Positions 8,108 to 17,691 of a DNA stretch of 45,317 nucleotides are shown one piece after another. Positions within the stretch are counted from its first letter, which is position 1. Every line of letters begins with the position of its first letter. A program made the translations under genes and the position numbers. Source of the stretch: a virus (Duplodnaviria > Caudoviricetes); IMG/VR virus record IMGVR_UViG_3300010362_000034, positions 1 to 45,317 of that record; one strand, written 5' to 3'. Below the pieces are notes generated by a model that saw only the letters and a list, made by a program, of their open reading frames with translations, was not told the origin of the DNA and did no database searches.

Positions 8108-10244
8108 GATAGGAACAAGCGAACCGCAGCTCGGGCAAATCTGCAAGGAAATCGAGCAGATGCAGAGCGATTGTAATTTTTATTTCCAAAGGGTGCAACA
8201 GGCGCGCCAATGGTGGCAGGCGCGCTGGCCGGGCCAAACCGTGGACGGCCGTAAACACGCAAACGCGCAGCAGGATTGTTTCCCCTGGGACGGCGCGGCC
8301 GATAGCCGGTTGCGGATGGTAGCGAGTTTGATCCGCGATCATGTGAGCGTGTCGAAATACGCATTTTTCAAGGCGAAAATCCAGGCGCTGGCGGTGCGGC
8401 CGATGATCCAGGAACGGGAAGCGGATAAAGCCACGAAGCTACTGCGCTGGCGGATTTACAATCACATGTGGCCGGAAGTGCTCCGGGAAGTGCCACTGGC
8501 GTTTAACTGGCGCTGGGGCTACGGCGTGGCGGTGTTAAACACCGAATGGATCCAGCAACGGCGCCTGGAATACCACGAAATCAATCTCCAGGTGCTGGAC
8601 GAAATCATGCAGGCACAAGGGATCGATAACACGGCGATGCTGGAGGCATTCACCGATCCCACGATGGAAGATGCGTTGACCACGCTGGTGCAACAGCTCT
8701 CGCCCATTCTTACCCGGCCAAAGGCGCGCCAGATCGTGGTAAGCCTGCGCGAAGGCGAGACCACCAAAATACCGGTGCCTTACATTTACAAAAACACGCC
8801 GCGCTGGCGCACGCTGCAGCCCACGATCGATTTACTTTTCCCCAGTGAAACCAGCGACATACAAGAGGCCAGGTGCGTGGCCCGGTTTGACGATTGGGTT
8901 ACGGAGACCGAGCTAACGGACCGCATCGAGACCGAGAACTATGACCCGGCTTTCGTGGCCGAAGCGATCAAACAAAAAGGCAAATTCGCTTTCCCGATGC
9001 AAGGCCCGGCCGACTGGACCGCCAGCGGTTTCCCCGGGAGCGGTGGCGCGCCCAACAGTTTCCGCGATTTAATCCAGATCGTGCATTTCCAATACAAAAC
9101 GCTGATGGAAGGTGTGCCCTGCCTTTACGAGACCGTGTTTAACCCGCTTTGCATGGGCTCGCGCAAGGAGCTTTACGCAAAGCACGGCCCGGCCGCCTAC
9201 GATCACCAGGAATACCCGTTTACGGTGATGTGCCGCAGGGAAGGGAACCGGCCGATCCTGCAAAGCGTAGGCATCGCGGAAGAGGCTTACACCGATGAAC
9301 TGGACATAAAAGCGCAACAGGACGGCCTAACCAATCGCACCAGCCTGGTGCACAGCCCGCCCATGATTGTGCCTTACTCCAAAGTAAAAGCGATGAAAGG
9401 CGAGCGGATGCCGGGCGCAATCCTGGGCGTCTCCCGGCCGAACGAAGTAGGCTGGATGCCGCTGCCGCCTACCGATAACACGCCCATGCTGGTAATCGAA
9501 ATGGTGCAACAGCGCTTGCAATGGCGTTACGGCTTGTTCGGGCCCACCGTGGACCCCGATTTAAAGAAACTGCGCCGGGACGAAATAGGCACGGACATTC
9601 TGGGCGAAATGAGCCTGGCACTGGAGCAGGTGTTTCAACTGGAGCAGCAATTTGAGGCAGACGAAGAGGTAACCCGCGTAGTGGGCGAGCTGGCCCGGCC
9701 GTTTCCTTTGGACCGCAAAGAGATCCAGGGCAAATACGAAATCACTGCCGTGGTGGATATGCAGATGCTCTCCGAAGATTACGCGGAGCAAAAGATGGCG
9801 TTGATAGGACAAGCCATGCAATTTAACCAGGGCGGCACGGCGAACGTGAACGCGCTTTTCCGCATGGCAATGGAAATCATCGAGCCGGATGCGGCGGACG
9901 TGGGCCTGGTGATGCCCGAAGAGCAAGCCACGCAAAAGGAAATCTCCGATGAACTGAACGCAATCGCCCAGGCGTTTACCGGAATCGAGGCACCGCTACC
10001 GATGTATGGGAACCACCAGCTACGGTTGCAAACTTTAATGCAAACCACCTTGCAAAGTCCCAACCCGCTCATGGCGCAACGGCTACAAAACGCGCCGGAC
10101 ACGGTAGAAATCTTAAAAAAGCGAGGGCAATTCTTTATGAACCAAATACAACAATACACCCAAAACCCACAGATAGGGCGTGCGCTTACCACGGCCGCTT
10201 TCCAGCCGCGCCAGGCGCCCCAGCTCAAAATGCCCGGAGGCTAA
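8082..10244 (+). CDS. portal protein (head-tail connector)
   Basis: 720 aa; FPWDGAADSR N-terminal motif, YPF/GIAE region, Q-rich C-terminus; lies between terL and scaffold/capsid. Confidence 0.85.
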   Translation: MAQEEANIEIGTSEPQLGQICKEIEQMQSDCNFYFQRVQQARQWWQARWPGQTVDGRKHANAQQDCFPWDGAADSRLRMVASLIRDHVSVSKYAFFKAKIQALAVRPMIQEREADKATKLLRWRIYNHMWPEVLREVPLAFNWRWGYGVAVLNTEWIQQRRLEYHEINLQVLDEIMQAQGIDNTAMLEAFTDPTMEDALTTLVQQLSPILTRPKARQIVVSLREGETTKIPVPYIYKNTPRWRTLQPTIDLLFPSETSDIQEARCVARFDDWVTETELTDRIETENYDPAFVAEAIKQKGKFAFPMQGPADWTASGFPGSGGAPNSFRDLIQIVHFQYKTLMEGVPCLYETVFNPLCMGSRKELYAKHGPAAYDHQEYPFTVMCRREGNRPILQSVGIAEEAYTDELDIKAQQDGLTNRTSLVHSPPMIVPYSKVKAMKGERMPGAILGVSRPNEVGWMPLPPTDNTPMLVIEMVQQRLQWRYGLFGPTVDPDLKKLRRDEIGTDILGEMSLALEQVFQLEQQFEADEEVTRVVGELARPFPLDRKEIQGKYEITAVVDMQMLSEDYAEQKMALIGQAMQFNQGGTANVNALFRMAMEIIEPDAADVGLVMPEEQATQKEISDELNAIAQAFTGIEAPLPMYGNHQLRLQTLMQTTLQSPNPLMAQRLQNAPDTVEILKKRGQFFMNQIQQYTQNPQIGRALTTAAFQPRQAPQLKMPGG

Positions 10245-10247
10245 TAC

Positions 10248-10550
10248 GTGCTGCGATGGTTAAGACAACGCACCCCGATTGTTTACCAAAAGCCGCTAAG
10301 TGAGCAGGAGCTAAACGCGGCCCTGGCGGTGAGCGAAAGCGATCCGCAATGGCGCGCGGTGCTCCAGCTCATCGTGACGGCTGAGGAAAACGCAAACGTG
10401 AACGCCGCGGCGAACATGGATCCGGCCACGGTGCTGGCCGGTTACGTGGGCGGCGCCGATCATTTGCGGATGCTACGGGAAGAGCTGTTAAACCGGAGAG
10501 AAGAAGGGTTGGACCAGCTCGGGGCCAGGGTAAGAATGAAAGGCGAGTAA
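10248..10550 (+). CDS. small portal-adjacent protein
   Basis: GTG start after GGAGG; position typical of podovirus post-portal genes. Confidence 0.6.
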   Translation: MLRWLRQRTPIVYQKPLSEQELNAALAVSESDPQWRAVLQLIVTAEENANVNAAANMDPATVLAGYVGGADHLRMLREELLNRREEGLDQLGARVRMKGE

Positions 10551-10551
10551 C

Positions 10552-10890
10552 ATGGAAGAAACCGATCAACTAAGACAAATAGCACGGCAATGCGCCGATT
10601 CTGCGGATGGCTGGCGCCGCGCTTTTAGACGCGCTGCCTGGGTTTTCATCTATTCCGGGACGCTGTTTGCACCGGCAGGTGTGCTTTTCATCGTGGTAGC
10701 GTTTACACAGCCGCCCCCGCTGTGGCGGGCCATGTTTGCGGGTGCTGGCGGCGGGTTACTGATTAACCTGGCTATCATCGCCTTTTTGAACGCGAAGCGA
10801 ACATTTGAGCACGCCGAGGAAGCGTTTACCAATTTTATGGCGATCCGCCAAAACTGCCTGGATGCAATTAAAGAGATAGAGGATTTATGA
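10552..10890 (+). CDS. membrane protein (2 predicted TM segments)
   Basis: Two hydrophobic stretches (AAWVFIYSGTLF..., AMFAGAGGGLLINLAIIAF). Confidence 0.65.
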   Translation: MEETDQLRQIARQCADSADGWRRAFRRAAWVFIYSGTLFAPAGVLFIVVAFTQPPPLWRAMFAGAGGGLLINLAIIAFLNAKRTFEHAEEAFTNFMAIRQNCLDAIKEIEDL

Positions 10891-11225
10891 GCAGGAACGG
10901 CGAGCGCGAACCAGCGGGCCCGATTTGGAAACACTTACCGGCCGCGCGTAAAGACGAGCTGGACCGGCTGGCTATGATGCTCGATGGCGAGCGCTCCACG
11001 AATAACATGCTGTGCGCTTACCGGGATGAAGCTACGGAAAGAGTGCGCCTGGCCTACGCGGAGACCGAGCGTGTAAGAGGCGAAAAGTTTATCCTGTGGT
11101 GCAAGATGGGCGAGCTGAAAAGCACGGTCCGCAAAGAGAAACGGCGGGCCACGATGGCCCGGCGCAAAGCGTTACAAGACGTGTGTGACGTGCTCAACTA
11201 TGCCAGGAGAAAGAAACTATGTTGA
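10887..11225 (+). CDS. hypothetical protein
   Basis: ATGA-coupled ORF. Confidence 0.55.
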   Translation: MSRNGEREPAGPIWKHLPAARKDELDRLAMMLDGERSTNNMLCAYRDEATERVRLAYAETERVRGEKFILWCKMGELKSTVRKEKRRATMARRKALQDVCDVLNYARRKKLC

Positions 11226-11764
11226 TAAAGAAAATTCAAACCCGATTTGGAGAGGCTACCTTTATGACAACAACAAAAGAAGAAACAAAACCAAAAGCAG
11301 ATAGCTCGTGCCCCGCGCCCAGCGAGGCCGAGCTGCGGGACCTGGGCTTTAATGCGGCCGCGACGAAGGTAAAAGAGGACCGCGAACTGGCGCGCAAATG
11401 CCGGATCGCTTTCGAGCATTTCCGGTATGTGACCCCGGAAAACTTCCGGCGTTTTGCCGAGGAACTAAAAGGCAAGACCTGGAAGAATCATTACGTGGAT
11501 TACAGCTACAGCTATGACCAGCTCGTGTTTACCAAAATCGCGGCCTACAACAAGGTGCCACCGAAAGAGGCGCTGGCCAAAGTGCGTGAAGCCAAAGCGC
11601 TGGGGTGCTTCGATGATTTCGAGGTAGCTACGGTGCAATCGGTAAGAGTAGTGCCCGATCCGATCATTTTCGGAATCATCCGGGGCGACGAAAATAAATA
11701 TTTCGTGGCCCAGTGGGATGATGATGTAAAGATTGAGCAAATTCTGCGGGAAGATGAGGGGTAA
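11219..11764 (+). CDS. hypothetical phage protein
   Basis: Globular ORF ending PDPIIFG...YFVAQWDDD; alternative start MTTTK. Confidence 0.7.
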   Translation: MLIKKIQTRFGEATFMTTTKEETKPKADSSCPAPSEAELRDLGFNAAATKVKEDRELARKCRIAFEHFRYVTPENFRRFAEELKGKTWKNHYVDYSYSYDQLVFTKIAAYNKVPPKEALAKVREAKALGCFDDFEVATVQSVRVVPDPIIFGIIRGDENKYFVAQWDDDVKIEQILREDEG

Positions 11765-11860
11765 AAAATGGCAGTAGGTGTGTTCGATTCACCGCTCACG
11801 CCCCCGCACAGGCAGGGGGCGTGGGCCGGGGCAGTGGATACCGATAAGGAGGTAGAAGCA

Positions 11861-12148
11861 ATGTTGCCGAAGGAAGTTTTGAAATATGCAGAGAAAGCCA
11901 AAGACGTGGATGCCGCGGTATTGGAAGTGCTGAAAAAACGCGAGCAAGCGCCACGGCAGACGGCGCAACTGGGCCCATTTGTGGGAGGGCTGGGACAAAC
12001 CCTGCCGCGCGACGTGTGGGAATCGATGCAAGCGGAAGCGCACGCTCAACAGTTGGAAATGGAAGCGCAACGGGAGCAGGTGCAGCAAATGAATCGGCAG
12101 CAAATGCATCGGCAGCTTGGCCGCTTATTCAACGGAGGCACGTTATGA
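11861..12148 (+). CDS. hypothetical Q-rich protein
   Basis: AGGAGGT RBS before ATG 11861; the upstream in-frame extension is hairpin DNA. Confidence 0.6.
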   Translation: MLPKEVLKYAEKAKDVDAAVLEVLKKREQAPRQTAQLGPFVGGLGQTLPRDVWESMQAEAHAQQLEMEAQREQVQQMNRQQMHRQLGRLFNGGTL

Positions 12149-12408
12149 AAGCCCATAAAATGCCAGAGTGCGCGTGCCCGCATTGCGGGCACAAGTTTAA
12201 CGCGGCCACCAGTCCGACAGGCGATGACCGGCCAAACCCGGGCGATATAAGCGTGTGTATCGAGTGCCGCAAGATTAGCGTTTTTAACGACGACCTTACC
12301 ACGCGCAAACCGAGCGGTGAAGAACTGATGAAGTTTGCGCGCGATCCGCGAATCACGCTGACGCAAGTGATTCTCGCAGATTTGCCACCAGGAATGAAGA
12401 AAAAATGA
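12145..12408 (+). CDS. zinc-ribbon protein
   Basis: CPHCGH...PNPGDISVCIEC motif; GGAGG RBS. Confidence 0.7.
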   Translation: MKAHKMPECACPHCGHKFNAATSPTGDDRPNPGDISVCIECRKISVFNDDLTTRKPSGEELMKFARDPRITLTQVILADLPPGMKKK

Positions 12409-12653
12409 ACTACAACTTAGGCAAAGCGCTAATGAACGTGGGCGAGCTGTGCGGTATGGCCAGCCGCCTCGATATAAAAGAGCTGGAGACATACCTGGAG
12501 AGTAACCCTAAACATTTCGCTTTCGCGGCGCATTGCCGCGCCGCGATCACGTTTGCCCGCGTTATGCAGTCGGGTCCGGTTGCATCGCATCCAGCGCCCC
12601 CTGATAAGCCGATAGCCGGTCAGCAAGGGCAGGAGCCACCGAAGGGCGAATAA
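12405..12653 (+). CDS. hypothetical protein
   Basis: ATGA-coupled ORF. Confidence 0.55.
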   Translation: MNYNLGKALMNVGELCGMASRLDIKELETYLESNPKHFAFAAHCRAAITFARVMQSGPVASHPAPPDKPIAGQQGQEPPKGE

Positions 12654-12740
12654 CGTCCACTGCGCGAATCGTGACGCTGGGAAGGCGCCTTTTATTCACA
12701 CACCTGGAGCCGATGGTGATGTGCAGGTTAGGGCCCAGGT

Positions 12741-12777
12741 TTAAAAACAGTGTTACCCGGCCCGAGTAACACTGTTT
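12741..12777 (-). terminator. intrinsic terminator-like hairpin (possibly bidirectional)
   Basis: aaacagtgttac/gtaacactgttt perfect 12-bp inverted repeat; on the minus strand the stem extends by G-U pairing and ends in TTTTT. Confidence 0.55.
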
Positions 12778-13005
12778 CGATGTGATCAGTTCTTCATCCA
12801 GCGCGATAATTTCGCGGGCCCCATCCACATCGCGCAACGACAGGGGCGGCGTCATTTTGCGCGGTTGTTTGCGTTTCCGTTTCATCCAGTAATTTAGCAG
12901 ATCAAAAATTGCCAAATTGGCAATATCGCGTGTTTAACACGAGTAACACGAGGGACGAAAAAAAAATTTGACACGGTTTTCGGCCGTGTGCTGAAAGGGC
13001 CAATT

Positions 13006-13092
13006 TCGTGACGATTCGTGATGAGTCGTGCCGAATCGTGTCGAGTCCTACGGTCACGGTATTGACGTGTTAAGCCCAGGCGCCGGATAACT
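13006..13092 (+). promoter_or_regulatory. putative late (scaffold/capsid) promoter with upstream phased repeats
   Basis: TCGTG at 13006,13016,13026,13036; TTGACG (13062) -18 nt- GATAAC (13086). Confidence 0.5.
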
Positions 13093-13187
13093 GCGCTCAT
13101 GGCAGTTTCCATCGAATGCGGCCTGGTGGTGGGCAAGGTGCTCGCCCAAACAGAATCGATGTTTCCTAAACATGGGGGAGGGCATCC

Positions 13188-14363
13188 ATGAACGAAGCGC
13201 AGGGCGCCGCGGCAACGGGCGAGGCCGAAGGAACCACACCGGCCGTAACAGGACCGGAAACACTGGGCACAACCACCAAGCCGGAGCCGGGAAGGCTAGG
13301 AGCTTTACTGGCAGACTTAGGCGTGCCCACGGACGTGATAGAGCACGTAGCACCTAAAGGCGAAGAGAAAAAAGAAGAGACGCAGCAACCAGGCGAATCC
13401 GAAGAAGAACCGGGCGAAGAGCAACCGGCCGGGGAACCGGCCGAAGAGGAAGGCCAGCCTGCAGAGGCGCCAGAAACGCCACCGGCGGCCGTTAAGGAAG
13501 AAACGGTGCCGGAGGAATGGCCAGCCAGTGCCAAAGCCAGGGTATTCGAGGAAGCCCGCAAAAAGCGGGACGCCAAGGCCAGGGTAACGGAGCTGGAGGG
13601 GCAGCTTGCAGCGGCCAGGGGAGAAACCGGGCAGCAACAGCAGCCACCGGCAGCCCCGGCGCCTACACCGGAGGATCCGCTGGCAGACGTAGTTGACGGG
13701 CCCAGTTATCTCCGGGCAGAGGCAGCCGCGCGCGAGGCATTGCTATTTGCAGTGACCCACCGCGACGGGGCCACAGATGTGCCGGTAAGAAACGCGAAAG
13801 GTGAAATCACCAATTACGATTTCATGCCGGAACAGGTGGCCGAAATGGAAGCCAAAGCGCTGGATGCGTTACTGGTGGGGCTGCCGAAGAAACACGCATT
13901 ACTGACCCAGGCGAGCCAGTATATGCAGGAAGCGCAAAAGAGTTACCCGGAAATGTTCAAAGAGGGCACCGAGGAAAACCAAAAGGCGGCCGAGTATTTG
14001 AGCGCGTTCCCGGAGATTCGGCGCGATCCCAAGTTTCTCTTACGCATAGGTGACGCCGTGTATGGCGAGCGCACACGAGAGGCCAAGGGGAAAAAGCCAA
14101 CCGGCAAGGATGGCAAACCACTTAGCGATAAAGCGGCCGCGATCTTGAATCAGCCGCGTGTGCCGCTGGCCCCGGGAGTGCCTAACGGACGTTCGCCGGA
14201 GAGACGTGCTACCGGCCCTGCAGGGAATGGTGTGGATGCAAAAGAGGCCAGAGAAGAATTTGCGGCCCGCGGATTCAGCCAGGAAGCGCTAGGCGATTTT
14301 GTTACCAAACTGCGCATTGCGCAAGGAGCTGGGACCGGGCAACAGAAAAAGACTCTGGCATAA
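13188..14363 (+). CDS. capsid scaffolding protein
   Basis: Acidic E/P-rich N-terminus, coiled coil, basic C-terminal region; directly upstream of the capsid gene. Confidence 0.8.
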   Translation: MNEAQGAAATGEAEGTTPAVTGPETLGTTTKPEPGRLGALLADLGVPTDVIEHVAPKGEEKKEETQQPGESEEEPGEEQPAGEPAEEEGQPAEAPETPPAAVKEETVPEEWPASAKARVFEEARKKRDAKARVTELEGQLAAARGETGQQQQPPAAPAPTPEDPLADVVDGPSYLRAEAAAREALLFAVTHRDGATDVPVRNAKGEITNYDFMPEQVAEMEAKALDALLVGLPKKHALLTQASQYMQEAQKSYPEMFKEGTEENQKAAEYLSAFPEIRRDPKFLLRIGDAVYGERTREAKGKKPTGKDGKPLSDKAAAILNQPRVPLAPGVPNGRSPERRATGPAGNGVDAKEAREEFAARGFSQEALGDFVTKLRIAQGAGTGQQKKTLA

Positions 14364-14388
14364 CACCAAAGAGGGAAACGAGGGAAAC

Positions 14389-15384
14389 ATGCCAGCAGTA
14401 ATGACGGCTAACCAGGTCGTGCACGAGGACCTGAGCGATGCCTTGATTTTAGCGGACGTGCGAAACACGCCCTTTAGCTCGCGCATTAAGAAGGGGAACA
14501 GGCTAACAAACATGCTTTTCTCCTGGACGCTCACAGACATGAACGGCCGAAAAACTACGCCACCGCCCGAGAACGCGGACGTGACCGCGTTTGAAAGCGA
14601 TCAGCAGAACCGCGTTTACAACCGTGGAGAGCGCTTCTGGCGCACACCGCGGGTAAGCGTGATCGCGGACAAGGTAAACGATAGCGCCGGTAACTTCGGC
14701 AAATACAACGAGCAGGTGAAGAAAAAGATCGAAGAGCAAAAGCGAGACGTGGAGTTTTGTTTGCTCTCCGACCAGGATAGTAACGACGATAACGGCACAG
14801 TGGGCTCCCGGTTCCTGGGACTGGGGCGGGTTATCAATGATGGGACGCTCGCCTTTGGCGATGCGCAAACGGCCATCCCCGCAGCATACCGCACACCGGC
14901 CGCGCAAATCTACACGGGCGCCATCGATGCTCTCGATGAAAGCGTGTTCGTGGGGATTATGAAGAGCCGTTACGATCTGCTCGGGCAAACCACCGAGCTG
15001 GTGCTTTTCGCCGGGAGCGGCCTAAAAGCGCATATCTCCGAGTTCTTCGGAAAGTATGTGCCTAACAAGGCTAACTACACCGTAGTGGTGCGCACCCAGG
15101 CCGAAGCAATCGACAGCCGCAAGTTTGCCGCTTACGGCGTGGACGTTTACGAAGGCGACTTTGGCACGTTTGAAATCGTGCTTTGCCCTTTCATCGCGGA
15201 CCAATACCGCGGTTACGGGGTGAACATGGACTACGTGCAAATGCGCCAGGTCATGTATTGCGATCACACCGAGCTGCCCTACCTGGGCGGCGGTTACTCG
15301 GGGCTCATCGATTCCATACTCGGTTGGGAGTTTGGCGATCCGCGGGGCCACTTCAAAATCGCGGCGACGCCGCCAGTTCCGTAA
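14389..15384 (+). CDS. major capsid protein (DUF5309/SU10-like)
   Basis: EDLSD...TPFSS, ENAD, NRVYN, KRDVEFCLL, VDVYEGDFG motifs; 331 aa from ATG 14389. Confidence 0.88.
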   Translation: MPAVMTANQVVHEDLSDALILADVRNTPFSSRIKKGNRLTNMLFSWTLTDMNGRKTTPPPENADVTAFESDQQNRVYNRGERFWRTPRVSVIADKVNDSAGNFGKYNEQVKKKIEEQKRDVEFCLLSDQDSNDDNGTVGSRFLGLGRVINDGTLAFGDAQTAIPAAYRTPAAQIYTGAIDALDESVFVGIMKSRYDLLGQTTELVLFAGSGLKAHISEFFGKYVPNKANYTVVVRTQAEAIDSRKFAAYGVDVYEGDFGTFEIVLCPFIADQYRGYGVNMDYVQMRQVMYCDHTELPYLGGGYSGLIDSILGWEFGDPRGHFKIAATPPVP

Positions 15385-15403
15385 AGGAAAGGAGGAAAAC
15401 AAA

Positions 15404-15787
15404 ATGGCAGAGGAAAAGAAAAAAGCGCGAATCATGGCGCTTGCATTGCAGGAAGTGATCGGCAGCGGCGGCTTTACCGCCTATGCCGCGCCGCAGGAAG
15501 GTGAAGAAGTGGAAGAGCCACACGATCTACCGGAAGGCGTGGAGGTAGAGGATCAAACGCAGGAGAGCGTGGCCATCCGCGATCCCTACACCAACCAGGA
15601 GACCGACCAGGAACAGGAGATTCACTTGTTCAAGGTAAGCGATCATAACCGCCTGTTCGCCAACATGGCCCACACCGGGACCAAACCGGCCAGCGGCGAG
15701 GCGGCTGGAGCCGAGGGAGAGAAAAAGCAAACGGCGCAAGCCGGGGCTGAAAAAAAAACACCCCGAAGCGAAAACGCCGATAGCTAG
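15404..15787 (+). CDS. acidic hypothetical protein
   Basis: AGGAGG RBS before ATG 15404. Confidence 0.65.
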   Translation: MAEEKKKARIMALALQEVIGSGGFTAYAAPQEGEEVEEPHDLPEGVEVEDQTQESVAIRDPYTNQETDQEQEIHLFKVSDHNRLFANMAHTGTKPASGEAAGAEGEKKQTAQAGAEKKTPRSENADS

Positions 15788-15828
15788 GAAAAAACGTCAC
15801 CGATAACAAGCCATCGGAACTAAGGAGG

Positions 15829-16353
15829 GTGCCGTATATGGAAGGCAAACCAACAAGGGAGTTGGAGCTTATGGCACCCTTTCTTACTAAAAGCCAGGTA
15901 ACGGAGCTATGCAGCGGGCGGCTATACGAAGCCTACCGGGAACGCAAGATGCAGTTTTACCGCTGGCAACTGGAGTGCGCCCTCTGGGAGCAACGCCAAA
16001 TGGCGCGCGAAAACTGGCAGCGGGAGACGCGCTTCGTGGATGGCCTGGGGCAACACAAAATGTGTGTGCACCCATTCTTAAAAGAGGTCATGCGACGGCG
16101 CCACGGGGCTGATTGCTGGAAAGATAGCGATTTTGAAAAAGATACGTGGAAAAAGAGCCCGGAGCTGCGGGTGCCAGCGCCACCACGGCGATTCTTTCCG
16201 GTAAACGGTTTCGGCGCGGGAAATGGTGCGCGGGGAGAGCCCGCGACGGCGGCGCTTGGCGATAGTAGTAAGGCAAGCCTCCAGACCGGGCCGGAAAACC
16301 CTGGCAGGCGTGTTGTTGTAACCGCCCATGAAACACCCGCGCCGGAGTTTTAA
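15829..16353 (+). CDS. head-region hypothetical protein whose C-terminal tail is encoded by a structured element
   Basis: AAGGAGG RBS; DGLGQ...GADCWKDSDF..K..PEL core. Confidence 0.7.
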   Translation: MPYMEGKPTRELELMAPFLTKSQVTELCSGRLYEAYRERKMQFYRWQLECALWEQRQMARENWQRETRFVDGLGQHKMCVHPFLKEVMRRRHGADCWKDSDFEKDTWKKSPELRVPAPPRRFFPVNGFGAGNGARGEPATAALGDSSKASLQTGPENPGRRVVVTAHETPAPEF

Positions 16354-16359
16354 CAGGCT

Positions 16360-17691
16360 ATGGCTACGCGCACAGTCCAATTTAAAAGCGTTTTCGATGC
16401 CATAGCCAGGCGGCACGATCTGGACCCCAAAGGCGATGCCATCCTGAGCGATGCCGCGGAGACGATCTGCGAGCGGATGAACGCGCGCGTAGATAAAGGC
16501 TCCCGTGTGTGGGAGTGGCCGGATTTCTTCATTACCGAAGAGCGCGCCTACCGGCAGATTTGGAATAGCACCCGGCAGTTTCATGTAAACGGGGAAAACG
16601 GAAAACCGGATGAAGTCTTTTACATGCCGAACGTGGCTACCCATAGCCTGGATGGCGCGGCTTATTACCGGGTAAAAAACGAAGGCGCCGGGGATCCGCC
16701 TACCGGCAATCTGCCTACGGATGAGACTTACTGGGAGCCCATCGATCCGCTGGACCGTTACATTGCCCTGGACCAGGTATGCAAACGGCCCATAGGCGAA
16801 ATGATAGGCGTTTACGCGGGTAACCCCCGCCTTACCACGCCGCAACCGCTTTGTTATCACATCAGCGGGAAAGGGATCGATGTATGCGGGTATGGCGGGC
16901 TCACCGTGTTTGTGACTTACGTGCCCAGGCCGGAGCGCTACACGATGGTGCCTTACATCGATGGCAAGACGTATAACAGAGGCGACCTGGTTTACCGGTC
17001 AGGCACCGGGGAATGTTACCAGGCATTAAGCACCAATGTAAATAAGGTGCCCGAGAACGAGCCTACTTACTGGCGTTGGGTGCAGTTTCCCGCGTTTCTC
17101 GCGGAGTATGTAAAGGCCGGTGTGTATGCCGATACCTTGCGCGACACCGATAATAGCGACCGCAGCCCGGACCAGGTAGCGGCCCGGCGCCAACTGGCCA
17201 GCGATGCAGACGCGCAAGCCGAGGATTTTCTAGTGACCGAAATCGACTGGCGCCGGGCGCAAGGGCAGCGGTTCAAATATCAGCCGTGGGGTTTTCCGGT
17301 GGCCTGGGCGCCGAGCTATCCCTGTTACTGTTATTCACCGCCGTGGAATGGCGAGACAAACGGGCAAAGCAACGTCACCACGCTAACGGACGAATGCGAG
17401 TGCGCCACAGGTTACATGCCCATGCCAGGACCGCCTACCATGATGGCGGAAGAATATCACCCCGAGATTGTTTCGCTCACCGGCCCGGAAGAGCCTTCGT
17501 TGCAAAGCCTGGACACGGCGACGAAAGCGGTAGCCAGCAAAGTATCGATCACGCTCGTAATAGGCGGCAGCCGCCAGGAACAACCGTGGGGGCTTTATGG
17601 CGGGCAGGCCGATCCCGAGGACCCCGGCCAGGTGCAGCCGCACGATTGGAACCTGGCCAGTAACAACAAACACTGGGAGAGACTGGGATGA
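16360..17691 (+). CDS. tail adaptor / tubular protein A-like, paralog 1
   Basis: First large gene after the capsid block; internal YNRGDLV...CYQAL...P...YW carbohydrate-binding-like module. Confidence 0.6.
   Translation: MATRTVQFKSVFDAIARRHDLDPKGDAILSDAAETICERMNARVDKGSRVWEWPDFFITEERAYRQIWNSTRQFHVNGENGKPDEVFYMPNVATHSLDGAAYYRVKNEGAGDPPTGNLPTDETYWEPIDPLDRYIALDQVCKRPIGEMIGVYAGNPRLTTPQPLCYHISGKGIDVCGYGGLTVFVTYVPRPERYTMVPYIDGKTYNRGDLVYRSGTGECYQALSTNVNKVPENEPTYWRWVQFPAFLAEYVKAGVYADTLRDTDNSDRSPDQVAARRQLASDADAQAEDFLVTEIDWRRAQGQRFKYQPWGFPVAWAPSYPCYCYSPPWNGETNGQSNVTTLTDECECATGYMPMPGPPTMMAEEYHPEIVSLTGPEEPSLQSLDTATKAVASKVSITLVIGGSRQEQPWGLYGGQADPEDPGQVQPHDWNLASNNKHWERLG

Noticed and set aside
12575-12650. 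Additional structured element in the tail of ORF 12405..12653
   Set aside because: Stems are only 3-4 bp in GC-rich sequence; not distinguishable from chance by eye
12562-12915. Minus-strand 117-aa CDS
   Set aside because: Overlaps a + gene by 92 nt, runs through a terminator-like hairpin and has no recognisable motif; not fully excluded
15332-15403. T7 10B-like frameshift extension of the capsid protein
   Set aside because: Downstream ORF is in the +1 frame, has its own AGGAGG RBS, and no slippery heptamer is evident
16304-16314. GCAGGCGTGT shared with 38276 and the REP-like hairpin at 5388
   Set aside because: A GC-rich 10-11-mer in unrelated contexts; chance cannot be excluded
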